In this document: positions 1 to 8,413 of the stretch, one piece after another
How positions within the stretch are numbered: position 1 is the first letter of the stretch
How the letters are laid out: each line of letters starts with the position of its first letter
Sequence record: NC_027980.1
Direction: 5' to 3' (one strand)
Source: Enterobacter phage phiKDA1
DNA length: 43,804 bases
Translations under genes and position numbers: made by a program
Notes under the pieces: model-generated
Database searches by the model: none
Told to the model about the DNA's origin: nothing
What the model saw: only the letters and a program-made list of their open reading frames with translations

Positions 1-267
1 CCTCACCCTCAACGCCCCTCGTTTCCCCCATAGGGGGTGCCTCAGCCATAACTAAGGCCGGGGCGGGGTGGGGGCCTGTGCCTGCGTAGGGATAACCTGG
101 GGCCTCTACGAGGCTCTGGGAGCTTCTCTAAGCGCTTCTACCGGATAGCCAATGGGATAGCATAGGGATAGCCCTGCGATAGCTATGAGGATGGCTTAGC
201 GTGGCTCTGTGTAGCGCTGGGGTGATAGCTCTGGGCTGTGCTTAGTACGGCGTGGAGGTGGGCGCAG
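1..267. repeat. Left direct terminal repeat (DTR), at least 267 bp; identical to 43538-43804
   Basis: Exact match of bases 1-267 to 43538-43804, ending at the window edge. Contains the palindrome CCCCCATAGGGGG (24-36) and G-rich tracts. Confidence 0.9.
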
Positions 268-398
268 GCTTACCTCTTTTGTCCGGCTAGGTGATTGCCT
301 GTGCTAACCGCTGTGTGTACCACAGGGATAGCCTCTGTGTTGGCCTAAGGATAGCTGTAGATTCCACAGGTATAGACCGGGGATAGCACAGGAATAGC
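89..398 (+). repeat. Dispersed array of GGATAGC heptamers and close variants, spanning the DTR and adjacent unique DNA
   Basis: Exact GGATAGC at 143, 155, 166, 326, 349 and 381. Variants are GGATAAC 89, GATAGCT 178 and 224, GGATGGC 189, GGAATAGC 391. The region has no ORF. Confidence 0.7.
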
Positions 399-409
399 TC
401 CAGCTAACC

Positions 410-423
410 ATAGAGGTTGCACG
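410..423 (+). promoter_or_regulatory. Conserved 14-mer ATAGAGGTTGCACG, copy 1 of 3; candidate phage-RNAP promoter core
   Basis: The same 14-mer recurs at 3520-3533 and 20739-20752, each time in an intergenic leader upstream of a gene block. Confidence 0.35.
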
Positions 424-511
424 TTAAGGTACAGAGTGCTAAGCTCAGTGTTAGCTAAGGGATACACCCAGCTAACACTATACATATAATATAGGAGATA
501 ATTGAGACACT

Positions 512-1225
512 ATGCCTGAGACAATAAAGAGGGCTAAGAGAACTGTTCAGGGAGTACGCTGCAATGGCTACCTGGTACATGGAGAGTTCTACCTGACTAA
601 GCAGGAGGCTTATACTGCTGCCGGGATAGATAAGCCAGTGCGTAAGGATAAGCTACCAGTATCAGCAGGTAACTGCATTGCGGTAGCTGATGCAGTACTA
701 AGGGAACCTGAGTTGCTACTATCCTGGGCTTATTCAGATACATTCACGAACGCGCACTACAGGGAGTTGAATATGTACCTGGATGGGCGTAGGGCTGGCT
801 ATGCCGGGCTTAAGACTAAGAGCCGTGCTGGTACAGTGCTGAACTGCGTAGAGGACGCTACAGCGTTCTGGAAGCAGCTTAAGCCCAGAGAGGATACTAA
901 GTACCGGGATAGAGCTTATAAGAATCCTACCTGGTGCGATGACAGGGGATGGGTAGAGCAGGAACCTCTGGATGCAGCAGCCTTAGCTATAGATGCTTAT
1001 ATGGATGCTGTACAGGCAGAGTGGGAGCAGCAGAACCAAGAGTATCTACAGGGCTTAAAGGCTCCGGTACTCAGTAAGGATGCGAGAGTATTGATACACA
1101 GAGGTTCAGAGGTAATTGAGTATATACCGGAAGTAGATACCGATACGGATAAGGTTACTAAGCCTAAGCGTAGGTGGACGCAGAGAGAGCTTTACAAGTG
1201 GGCTAAGCAGCATAACCTCTGCTAA
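512..1225 (+). CDS. Early hypothetical protein, 237 aa
   Basis: Long ORF preceded by the SD region ATAGGAGATAATTGAGAC. No recognisable domain. Confidence 0.75.
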   Translation: MPETIKRAKRTVQGVRCNGYLVHGEFYLTKQEAYTAAGIDKPVRKDKLPVSAGNCIAVADAVLREPELLLSWAYSDTFTNAHYRELNMYLDGRRAGYAGLKTKSRAGTVLNCVEDATAFWKQLKPREDTKYRDRAYKNPTWCDDRGWVEQEPLDAAALAIDAYMDAVQAEWEQQNQEYLQGLKAPVLSKDARVLIHRGSEVIEYIPEVDTDTDKVTKPKRRWTQRELYKWAKQHNLC

Positions 1226-1261
1226 CCCCTACAACACTATACAATAGGAGATAATTGAGAC

Positions 1262-1528
1262 ATGAACGCTGTAGCGTTAAAGAAAGGGTTACTGCATGTT
1301 TATGACTATATGCGGAAGCAAGCAGGTTCTTACCCGTCTTATGATACGTCCTTGCAGCTATGGGAAGGGTTGGGTAAGCCTAAGCGGATGCACTTGCTTG
1401 GGCTAGGGCTGGTTGAGTTCTATGTAGAGTTTAATCAGCTAAAGTATAGGGAGGTTTATCCGGATGCAGCAGAGTTTCTTGTTCGGTACTGTGTGCCTAG
1501 CGCCACTATGTATAATGCCCTAAAGTAA
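1262..1528 (+). CDS. Early hypothetical protein, 88 aa
   Basis: ORF preceded by a near-identical 29-bp leader/SD to that of gene 512. Confidence 0.7.
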   Translation: MNAVALKKGLLHVYDYMRKQAGSYPSYDTSLQLWEGLGKPKRMHLLGLGLVEFYVEFNQLKYREVYPDAAEFLVRYCVPSATMYNALK

Positions 1529-1602
1529 CCTATAGCTTACGTTGTATCAGGAAAGCGCTGCTAATGTGGTGCGGGTAGTGACATTAACTGAGGATGTTTA
1601 GG

Positions 1603-1770
1603 ATGCAGCAGAATAAGAACCCTACTCCAGATTACGAACTAGAGTCCGATTGGTTGACAAATCCTATATATTTCGACGAGGAGTGGATTATGGAAGGATT
1701 CTGTAGTACTTGCGGCAATAGCTGCTGCTACAGGGTTTGTCTTGCTTGTGGTGATTTTGACGCTAACTGA
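1603..1770 (+). CDS. Small Cys-rich protein, 55 aa (CSTCGNSCCYRVCLACG; zinc-ribbon-like)
   Basis: ATG with a GAGGA SD 8 nt upstream. Translated manually. Below the ORF-track cutoff. Confidence 0.35.
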   Translation: MQQNKNPTPDYELESDWLTNPIYFDEEWIMEGFCSTCGNSCCYRVCLACGDFDAN

Positions 1771-1814
1771 GGAGGTCCTATGGTTGGTTTCGGTGAAGGT
1801 TAAGTAATGCAGAG

Positions 1815-1847
1815 GGGAAGCACTAGCTGTACAGTGCTTCCCTTTTT
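1815..1847 (+). terminator. Rho-independent terminator (early terminator analog)
   Basis: Perfect 10-bp stem GGGAAGCACT/AGTGCTTCCC with an 8-nt loop, followed by TTTTT. Confidence 0.7.
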
Positions 1848-1877
1848 GCTTAATAGAGAATTATTTTAGAAAGTGTA

Positions 1878-1906
1878 TTGACATTCTGAACTGGGCCTAG
1901 TAGAGT
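1878..1906 (+). promoter_or_regulatory. Candidate sigma70 promoter: TTGACA, 17-bp spacer, TAGAGT
   Basis: Consensus -35 hexamer with a 17-bp spacer and a 4/6 -10, in the non-coding stretch just after the terminator. Confidence 0.35.
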
Positions 1907-2009
1907 TAACTACATCGAGAGGCAAGGAGCCGCCCGGTAACGGGGAGTAGCGCCAGGGCATACGAAACCTGGATAATCGATAAGAAGTAAGAAAGTTTAG
2001 AAATAAAGC

Positions 2010-2038
2010 TTGACAAGTACAGCAACACGAAGTAACTT
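2010..2038 (+). promoter_or_regulatory. Candidate sigma70 promoter: TTGACA, 17-bp spacer, TAACTT
   Basis: Consensus -35 with a weak -10, in the same non-coding region. Confidence 0.25.
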
Positions 2039-2075
2039 AGATAGCAAGCAAGGCGATTACTGAGTAAGTCGGGAG

Positions 2076-2303
2076 TTGGTACAGGGAGTACCTAGCAGCG
2101 ACTCTAAATATCTGCGAACTGGTCCGGTAAAGGGTATGGACCATGAAAGAAGATACCCTGAACGTTTCCGAGCGTCCCTGTCCTTACACAGGGGAATCGA
2201 TGAGAACCTACCCAATAACGGATGGTTCACTAAGAGAAGTTTCTTAGTTAAGTATCCTCATAGTGAGGGTGCAGAATTAAGACATTTACTAAGGAGTTTA
2301 TGA
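2076..2303 (+). CDS. Doubtful ORF, 75 aa, TTG start
   Basis: In the ORF track only. Lies in a region that also holds promoter-like elements. A strong SD for the next gene sits inside its 3' end. Confidence 0.25.
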   Translation: MVQGVPSSDSKYLRTGPVKGMDHERRYPERFRASLSLHRGIDENLPNNGWFTKRSFLVKYPHSEGAELRHLLRSL

Positions 2304-2467
2304 TGAAAGCACTGGCTGAAATGTATCGCCGGGAAGCGTTAGAACAAGCTGCATTATACCGAGCTAAAGCTGCTGCAACTGAGTATTCTGTAGCAGTAGC
2401 GGCGTGGGTATCTCTTGCCGAAAGGTCTGAGCGGGAAGCCTTTGTTTGGGAGTGTGCAGCCCGGTGA
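2300..2467 (+). CDS. Small hypothetical protein, 55 aa
   Basis: Perfect AAGGAG SD 5 nt upstream of ATGATG. Manual translation gives MMKALAEMYRREALEQ... Confidence 0.5.
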   Translation: MMKALAEMYRREALEQAALYRAKAAATEYSVAVAAWVSLAERSEREAFVWECAAR

Positions 2468-2501
2468 TGTATGGGTGCTTAACATTAGCGCTGAGGTATG
2501 T

Positions 2502-2738
2502 ATGGGATACTTGAAGATGTGCAAGAAGCGCGAGCAGTCAATCAAAGCGCTGGTAGCTGCGGCGCAGACTCCAGAAGGCTCTGAGGAGCGTAAGCGCCTT
2601 AAGAAGCTTCAGACCTTTGAAGCTACTGACCGGGCAAGGCCGCGGGGCTTCAGTACGAATGTACGCAGTATTGGCAATAAGACCGATTCTAAGATTAACA
2701 GCTACTACGCGGCAAAGAGCCGTACACCTAAATTCTAA
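2502..2738 (+). CDS. Small basic hypothetical protein, 78 aa (start chosen at the internal ATG with a GAGGT SD)
   Basis: Frame of track ORF 2415-2738. The upstream part overlaps the previous gene. Confidence 0.45.
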   Translation: MGYLKMCKKREQSIKALVAAAQTPEGSEERKRLKKLQTFEATDRARPRGFSTNVRSIGNKTDSKINSYYAAKSRTPKF

Positions 2739-2750
2739 GAGGAAACAATC

Positions 2751-2984
2751 ATGGCTAAGTACAACGGACACAAAAACTGGAATCACTGGAACGTATCTCT
2801 TTGGATTAATAACGACGAGGGGTTGTATGCTTTAGCTGTGGCGTGTGTAAGACGTTGCCGCAATCGTGACGTTGCAGCACAGCAGTTCTTAGACCACATG
2901 CATTTAGTTTGCCGTAAAACCAAAACCCCGGACGGCGCACCTTACTCTAAATCAGCAGTCCGCGCTGCTCTGGTAGGTATGTGA
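2751..2984 (+). CDS. Hypothetical protein, 77 aa
   Basis: ORF with SD AAGAGGAAAC 5 nt upstream. Confidence 0.6.
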   Translation: MAKYNGHKNWNHWNVSLWINNDEGLYALAVACVRRCRNRDVAAQQFLDHMHLVCRKTKTPDGAPYSKSAVRAALVGM

Positions 2985-3078
2985 TGGAGTGGTGCACGGA
3001 GTTCTACATCTTCTTCTTCCTGGTGCTAGTGCCAGCATGGTTCTGGCTAGTATCCCCAACCTCTAAAGGTGACAAGAA

Positions 3079-3318
3079 ATGATTCAGACAGTTACTATCG
3101 CGGTTAAGTCCGCTGTGATGCTACTGAGCAGCAACGTATCCGAACCTATCCCGTACTGCACCGTAGAAGTCACAGGGCAGCCCGGCTATGCGCTTTACGA
3201 GGACCCGGAAGGTGGTTGCAAGGGCTTGGGCAAGCGCCTGCTACAGAGCTTCCAGGGCGCTTATCCTGATAAGCCAGTGCTACTTATCGTTGACGGTAAG
3301 TCAGACCAGGAGATTTAG
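3079..3318 (+). CDS. Hypothetical protein, 79 aa
   Basis: ORF with SD AAAGGTGA. Confidence 0.55.
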   Translation: MIQTVTIAVKSAVMLLSSNVSEPIPYCTVEVTGQPGYALYEDPEGGCKGLGKRLLQSFQGAYPDKPVLLIVDGKSDQEI

Positions 3319-3319
3319 T

Positions 3320-3415
3320 ATGAACAATCAATCTGTGGAGTTCGAACGCAAGCGCGAAGCAGAGATGTTCGCGCTGTTCCTGATGCTTACCGGAGGCCGG
3401 AAATGTTCTGGCTAA
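3320..3415 (+). CDS. Tiny ORF, 31 aa
   Basis: ATG 2 nt after the previous stop, with a GGAG SD. Very short. Confidence 0.25.
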   Translation: MNNQSVEFERKREAEMFALFLMLTGGRKCSG

Positions 3416-3519
3416 CGTTCTTCCTGGTCATGGCAGCTATAGTGCCGCTGCCTTATATCTGCTAAGGCATAGCGCGGTTGATTCTGCGCTTGCTGGAGCT
3501 GTTCCGCTAACTAAACTGA

Positions 3520-3533
3520 ATAGAGGTTGCACG
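3520..3533 (+). promoter_or_regulatory. Conserved 14-mer ATAGAGGTTGCACG, copy 2 of 3
   Basis: Exact copy. Its AGAGG also serves as the SD for the small ORF starting at 3536. Confidence 0.35.
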
Positions 3534-3535
3534 AC

Positions 3536-3652
3536 ATGACTATCCAGAGCATCGCATTCCAGTACATGCAGTACCTACTCGCTAACGGCTACAGTGCCGA
3601 GTTAGCTTGGTCTAAAGCAATGCAATTAATTGAAGAAGGAAGCACAAAATGA
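3536..3652 (+). CDS. Small ORF, 38 aa
   Basis: ATG 3 nt after the conserved 14-mer. ATGA overlap with the next gene. Confidence 0.35.
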   Translation: MTIQSIAFQYMQYLLANGYSAELAWSKAMQLIEEGSTK

Positions 3653-3945
3653 CAGCATTAGAGGCAGCAATTAAACTACGGGAGTACGGGCCTTCGCGGT
3701 GCTTCAGTGGCATTTGCCGTAACTTGCACCATCTGGACGCGGACGCCTACGCCTTGTTTGATGTATATTTACGTGTATGCAGCTACAACTCTACATACCC
3801 CGTCGAGGTCAACTTGATGGGTATGTGCCCGGACTATGCAGAAGCATACTATGCAAGCTGCGGTGATAAGTGGGTCGGTGCTCACGGAGTAGCTCGTATG
3901 CAGTTACTGAACGATTTTATTAACTGGTTGGAGCCTAAGAAATGA
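3649..3945 (+). CDS. Hypothetical protein, 98 aa
   Basis: ORF with a GAAGGAAG SD. Confidence 0.65.
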   Translation: MTALEAAIKLREYGPSRCFSGICRNLHHLDADAYALFDVYLRVCSYNSTYPVEVNLMGMCPDYAEAYYASCGDKWVGAHGVARMQLLNDFINWLEPKK

Positions 3946-4121
3946 CAGCACAGAATCCAGAGGCTATCCTGATTAAGCAGGAGCAGCAAACTATCGAGGG
4001 CTTAGCGCGGGAGCACGCAGCTAAGCAGGGGCTTAAGCACTACTACCAGGTACGGGCACGCCAGCTAGGGCTGAGCCTGCGCACGTACTGCGAGCGCTTT
4101 AATGTTAAAGGGGTTGTATGA
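3942..4121 (+). CDS. Small hypothetical protein, 59 aa
   Basis: ATGA overlaps at both ends (3942-3945 and 4118-4121), suggesting translational coupling. Manual translation. Confidence 0.5.
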   Translation: MTAQNPEAILIKQEQQTIEGLAREHAAKQGLKHYYQVRARQLGLSLRTYCERFNVKGVV

Positions 4122-4558
4122 GCGTGAAACGTTATAATCCAGAATTGGAAAAGGACGGAGGTCTTGGAGTACCTTGTTTGACTATGCGTAGCAACTCTAT
4201 AGGGTCATGGGTAGATTACCATGAGTATGCCGCACTCGAAGCCAGATGCGCGGCTCTGGCTGCGGAGAATGCGGGGCTGAGGGATATCAACGCATGGTGC
4301 AAAACAGATGCATTCAAAAACATGTACCGCGAATTTAAAACAGCAGAATCACTTGGGTGTCCAGATGTTGATTGCATGCATGACGCAATGCTGACGGCAA
4401 TTATGCATGCACCTGAAACCCCAGCTACCGACGCTTTCTTGGCTGAAGTGCGGGCGCGGGGTGTGGAGATGCTGCGTAAACATCCAGCGATAAAACTTTG
4501 CTCTTTAACTCACGTATGTGATGAGTTCGCCGCCCAGCTTCGCAAAGGCGGTGCTTGA
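4118..4558 (+). CDS. Hypothetical protein, 146 aa
   Basis: ORF, ATGA-coupled to the previous gene. Confidence 0.7.
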   Translation: MSVKRYNPELEKDGGLGVPCLTMRSNSIGSWVDYHEYAALEARCAALAAENAGLRDINAWCKTDAFKNMYREFKTAESLGCPDVDCMHDAMLTAIMHAPETPATDAFLAEVRARGVEMLRKHPAIKLCSLTHVCDEFAAQLRKGGA

Positions 4559-4884
4559 TGCTTACTCCCGCTGAGACCGCTGCGCTGTACTGGAAAATGC
4601 TGGAGCAGCAAAGAAGCATGGGCCTGAAGTCCCTGCGGGATATCCCGGTGCAGCTACGGAAGCTAGCGCCTTTGCAGTGGAGAACAGGCTTTGAGTACCG
4701 GGAAGGGCTGCGTTTACTAGAAGGCTGGTACGCGTATAGCCCTGAGAGCGCACAGAAAGCCCTAGGAGAGCTTAAGTTCGATGTAGTAGGGCAACTACAT
4801 CGCTTAGGGTACAAAGGCGCTCGGAGAGCGTTCTACGAAGCTATACAAGACTATTACGATTGGAGGGTGAGTTATGCAAGTTAA
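4555..4884 (+). CDS. Hypothetical protein, 109 aa
   Basis: ORF, ATGA overlap with the previous gene. Confidence 0.7.
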   Translation: MMLTPAETAALYWKMLEQQRSMGLKSLRDIPVQLRKLAPLQWRTGFEYREGLRLLEGWYAYSPESAQKALGELKFDVVGQLHRLGYKGARRAFYEAIQDYYDWRVSYAS

Positions 4885-5116
4885 CGTTGAGACGTTGCAG
4901 GAGAAGATTAAATATCTGGAGCTATGTAAATTAACCCCGGTGCTGGGAATCTCGATTAACGAGGCCTATCAGCTAGAGGCTTACAAGATGCTGCTACAGC
5001 TCTTAAAGGATGGTGCGCGTGCAAATTGCCACTGCAATTGCCAGTTCTGGCACTACGATGAGTCTAGGGAGCAGTGTGTATGCAACAGTTGCTTAGGGGT
5101 AAAGTCCCATGACTAA
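4874..5116 (+). CDS. Hypothetical Cys-rich protein, 80 aa
   Basis: ORF with C-terminal CHCNC...CVCNSC motifs. Confidence 0.6.
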   Translation: MQVNVETLQEKIKYLELCKLTPVLGISINEAYQLEAYKMLLQLLKDGARANCHCNCQFWHYDESREQCVCNSCLGVKSHD

Positions 5117-5339
5117 GCAAACGCAGCACAACCTGGACATCCAGGTACTACCACTTAGAGGACCGCTGGGCAAGAGCATCTACAGCCTCAGGCAAGCTTG
5201 GGGGCCTGAGGATAACCCGAACGTAGACACAGTGTGGCTCACAAGCTATGATGTAGAAGCACTTTGGGAATTATATCAACGTGTACAAGCTCTGGCTGCT
5301 GCTGGCGCTGGCTGTTTCAACACTAAATATGAGGGGTAG
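5109..5339 (+). CDS. Hypothetical protein, 76 aa
   Basis: ORF overlapping the previous gene by 8 nt. Confidence 0.6.
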   Translation: MTKQTQHNLDIQVLPLRGPLGKSIYSLRQAWGPEDNPNVDTVWLTSYDVEALWELYQRVQALAAAGAGCFNTKYEG

Positions 5340-5342
5340 GGT

Positions 5343-5795
5343 ATGCACAAGATTTTAGACCGTAACGAGCTGTTCGAAGGTTTCGCTGTTCCAGAGTGGG
5401 CTACCGCAGCCACGTACTTCAAGGGACAATGGTACTTTGAGGAGAGCTTACAGCAGTTAGATGGTAACAGGTTTGAGCTAGTAGGTAGCGGGCATACTCG
5501 CAAGTACGGTGGCGGGGCTATCAAGGGCTTCGAGACATCTGTGCTGTTCACCCCACTGATTGAGCAAGACGACCCGCTCCCGCCAGCGCCGGAGAGTGGT
5601 GTATACTACAGCCATAACAACGACAGGCGAGTAACGGTTTTACTGGAAGATGGCTTGCCTGAAGATGTTATAGCTGTAGGTACAGACGCCTCTTTTATGA
5701 AGGTGCGTTTGACAGCAGATACGGCGCTAGTGCTAGCGCATGACCTGACGCGCATGGCTATGGAAATCAAACGTAAGGAGAAGCGGCGTGGATAA
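5343..5795 (+). CDS. Hypothetical protein, 150 aa
   Basis: ORF with a GAGGGGTAGGGT SD region. Confidence 0.7.
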   Translation: MHKILDRNELFEGFAVPEWATAATYFKGQWYFEESLQQLDGNRFELVGSGHTRKYGGGAIKGFETSVLFTPLIEQDDPLPPAPESGVYYSHNNDRRVTVLLEDGLPEDVIAVGTDASFMKVRLTADTALVLAHDLTRMAMEIKRKEKRRG

Positions 5796-5967
5796 CACGG
5801 GCAAGGCACCAGCGTTGTACAACGTATACATTAACTGCCGATTCAAGGCGGGGCCTGTTACGGAGGCGGAGGCTTGGGAAGTAATCGGAAAGCAGCCGTT
5901 TGGCTCGGGGCACTTGGTATATGAAGCAGAAACAGGTGAAATCGCAGAGCAGTTTGTCCCGTACTAG
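5788..5967 (+). CDS. Small hypothetical protein, 59 aa, GTG start
   Basis: AAGGAG SD 7 nt upstream of GTG. Manual translation gives MDNTGKAPALYNVYINCRF... Confidence 0.45.
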   Translation: MDNTGKAPALYNVYINCRFKAGPVTEAEAWEVIGKQPFGSGHLVYEAETGEIAEQFVPY

Positions 5968-5975
5968 GAGTAACT

Positions 5976-6761
5976 ATGACAGAAGCCCCCTGGCTACAAG
6001 CATGCAAGCGCCTGGCTGTAGGGCAAACTGCCAGGTTCAGATGCTGCGGTAGAACTCCTGCTGCAGTACTTTTTAATAAACCCGAGGCGTGGCAGCTCTA
6101 TTGCTTCAGATGTCATACGTCGCTCAGTGAGCGCAAACAATATGTATCCCTGGTGCAGCCAGAAGTGTTGCCTAGGGTGCTGCCTGCGCCTGCACAGCTA
6201 ATACAGATTCACCAGACGAGCGCTGAATTGCAGGCGCAGCTTTACGGATTCTTAGTATCAAAAGGGCTGATGCCAGAGATGGTTGGTGCAGTTTACTATT
6301 CAGAGCAACTAAAGAGGTTAGCATGGGATTTACAGAATGGAACGTACCTGGCGAGGGCGCTGCACAGTTATCAAGCTCCCAAATGGGTTATGCTGGGGCA
6401 GCCCGCACAGTATGCAGCAGCCCGGCCTTTGCAGCACCCTACGGAACTAGTGGTGTTAACAGAGGATTGGCTGAGCGCTTTAAAGATTCAATGGGTCTCG
6501 AAGAAGTATTCTTCCGTACCTGTAACGGCGGTTTCGTTGCTGGGGACGCGGTTGTCATTGGCTCTCAAGGCTTCCTTGATTCAGATGAATAAGCCAGTGC
6601 TGCTGATGCTGGACGGGGACAGCGCCGGGTACGCCGGGCGGGACACTATACAGCGCACCTTGAAACCGTTCTTGCAGACGCGTAGTTACACAATCGACGG
6701 ATTGGACCCGAAGGACATGACCTGCCAACAAATACTGGAGGGTTTAAATTGGATTACTTAA
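5976..6761 (+). CDS. DNA primase (zinc-finger plus TOPRIM)
   Basis: N-terminal CxxC...CxxC zinc-binding motif (CKRLAVGQTARFRCCGR ... CFRCH) and the TOPRIM motif LMLDGDSAG. AGGAG SD. Lies immediately upstream of the helicase. Confidence 0.8.
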   Translation: MTEAPWLQACKRLAVGQTARFRCCGRTPAAVLFNKPEAWQLYCFRCHTSLSERKQYVSLVQPEVLPRVLPAPAQLIQIHQTSAELQAQLYGFLVSKGLMPEMVGAVYYSEQLKRLAWDLQNGTYLARALHSYQAPKWVMLGQPAQYAAARPLQHPTELVVLTEDWLSALKIQWVSKKYSSVPVTAVSLLGTRLSLALKASLIQMNKPVLLMLDGDSAGYAGRDTIQRTLKPFLQTRSYTIDGLDPKDMTCQQILEGLNWIT

Positions 6762-8026
6762 TCTGCCGCGCTATGTGTGAGCGCAAGGTTTATGATAGGC
6801 TGCACGACCAGATACCAAAATCCATGCTTGCGCCCGATACTGTAGCCCTTCTGGGTTGGATTCAACTTTACTACAGCACCTACACCGACAGCAACGCTGT
6901 GCAGTGGGACGCTATGCAGACGCTCCTGGGGATGCGCGGGCAGCATCTACAGAAAGAGCAAATGGACATCCTGAAGCACATGCTCAAGCAAGTACAGCAG
7001 GTTCCAGACGAAGCAGCCGCCGGGGTAGTGCGTACTCTGAATGAGATGGCCTACTCCGGCGAGATGGCGGCGCTGGTGCAGCAGTATCAAGACGGGGCAG
7101 AACTGGATTTTATAGCGGAGGCCAAGCAGTTAGAGCGCAAGTACAGCAGCGTAGCGACAGCGCAGGACTCTTTATTGAACTGGGAAGATGGGGGCGTAGA
7201 TGATATTCTTGCAGCGACTGACGAAAGTGGTGGTCTTAAGCTTAATGTGTTTCCTGAGCTTGCTAACAATATTCGGGGTCTCCGTGGTGGGGATTGCGTT
7301 GCTGTTGCTGCACCCGTCGATGCGGGGAAGACCTCTTTGCTGGCTGCAACGGTCGTGGGCTTGGTCGAGCAGATGGTACAGCAAGAGGAAAGCTATGCTG
7401 ATAGACCAGTACTATGGCTCGTCAATGAAAGCTTAGCTAAGCGTACTGTACCGCGTATCTATCAGGCTGCTACCGGGCTGACTCTGCATGAGATTGTAGA
7501 GCAGCACAAGCAAGGTAAATTCGCAGAGAAGTACCTGGCTAAGGTAGGTAGCTGGGACCGCATCAGAGTTAAGGATGCGCACAGTATCACTATGCCTCAG
7601 ATAGCTACGCTGATGGAGGAGATGCGCCCGGCTGTGCTGGTTGTGGATATGCCTGCCAACATTAGAGGTTCGATGGCTGAGACTGAGCATCAGAACCTTG
7701 AGAAGATTTGGCAAGAGCTTCGCATCTTAGGATGTGAGTACGATTGCATTATCATCGGAACCATGCAGCTTTCGGTGGAGGGGTATGACATGATGTATCC
7801 GCCACTAACCGCTATGAAGCAGAGCAAGGTGGGCATACAGGGAACTCTGGACTTATGCATCATGATGGGACGCCTGGACCCAAGCACGCGCCCGGATATG
7901 GTGCATGTCCGAGGTATCTCAACCCCAAAAAATAAGTTAGGTAAGTCTGGGTGTGCAAGTTACTTGCAGTTTCAGGTGGAGTTTGATGGGGGCCGTTGCA
8001 AGTTTGACCCCGGTGTCTTGGCATAA
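6749..8026 (+). CDS. DnaB-like replicative DNA helicase
   Basis: Walker A motif AAPVDAGKTSLL. Size of 425 aa and position after the primase, as in phiKMV-type phages where primase and helicase are separate genes. Confidence 0.85.
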   Translation: MDYLICRAMCERKVYDRLHDQIPKSMLAPDTVALLGWIQLYYSTYTDSNAVQWDAMQTLLGMRGQHLQKEQMDILKHMLKQVQQVPDEAAAGVVRTLNEMAYSGEMAALVQQYQDGAELDFIAEAKQLERKYSSVATAQDSLLNWEDGGVDDILAATDESGGLKLNVFPELANNIRGLRGGDCVAVAAPVDAGKTSLLAATVVGLVEQMVQQEESYADRPVLWLVNESLAKRTVPRIYQAATGLTLHEIVEQHKQGKFAEKYLAKVGSWDRIRVKDAHSITMPQIATLMEEMRPAVLVVDMPANIRGSMAETEHQNLEKIWQELRILGCEYDCIIIGTMQLSVEGYDMMYPPLTAMKQSKVGIQGTLDLCIMMGRLDPSTRPDMVHVRGISTPKNKLGKSGCASYLQFQVEFDGGRCKFDPGVLA

Positions 8027-8062
8027 CTACTAAGCCAGCTTCCAGCAGAGGCTGGCGTGTTG

Positions 8063-8089
8063 GTTGTCTCAATTATCTCCTATTGTATA
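8063..8089 (-). promoter_or_regulatory. Inverted (minus-strand) copy of the early-gene leader TATACAATAGGAGATAATTGAGACA
   Basis: 25-nt reverse-complement match to the leader/SD of genes 512 and 1262, with no start codon following it on the minus strand. Confidence 0.3.
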
Positions 8090-8104
8090 AAGTGTGGAGG
8101 GTGT

Positions 8105-8272
8105 ATGCAGCTTATTAGAAGTACACGCATAGGTGGTAACTTGTTCTTGGCTACCAGTATAAAAGATGGTTGGCGGGTTTATGATTTAAAGTGGCGCTAT
8201 TTAGGCTTAGCTCCCAAAGAGGCGTTTGTTTTAGTGGGTAACAACTACAGGGTTCGCCGTTATGCTAACTAA
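8105..8272 (+). CDS. Small hypothetical protein, 55 aa
   Basis: GGAGGG SD 4 nt upstream of ATG. The upstream GTG-start extension in the track is less likely. Confidence 0.4.
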   Translation: MQLIRSTRIGGNLFLATSIKDGWRVYDLKWRYLGLAPKEAFVLVGNNYRVRRYAN

Positions 8273-8413
8273 AGAAGACGTTACGGACCGGGACTACGAG
8301 GTCATTAAGGCCTACGCTGCATCTGCACGTACTTCCCGTAAAAGCTATGCGCTAGAGTCGAGCCAGCTCATAGTGCATCTAGCGATTAACAAGGCTCGGG
8401 GGGCTAAGTGGAA

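Noticed and set aside
485-490. Perfect TATAAT hexamer upstream of gene 1 as a sigma70 promoter.
   Set aside because: No acceptable -35 at a 16-18 bp spacing (best 3/6). The predicted transcription start would fall inside the gene's SD. The hexamer is simply the 6-bp indel that distinguishes the two copies of the duplicated leader.
2415-2738. Full-length 107-aa version of the ORF-track gene starting at 2415.
   Set aside because: Its 5' part overlaps the SD-supported small gene 2300-2467 in another frame. The internal ATG at 2502 with a GAGGT SD was preferred, though neither is certain.
6323-6592. 89-aa + strand ORF in an alternative frame inside the primase gene.
   Set aside because: Fully embedded in the primase ORF, which has clear zinc-finger and TOPRIM motifs. 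Low-complexity Ala/Gly composition typical of an off-frame read. No SD.
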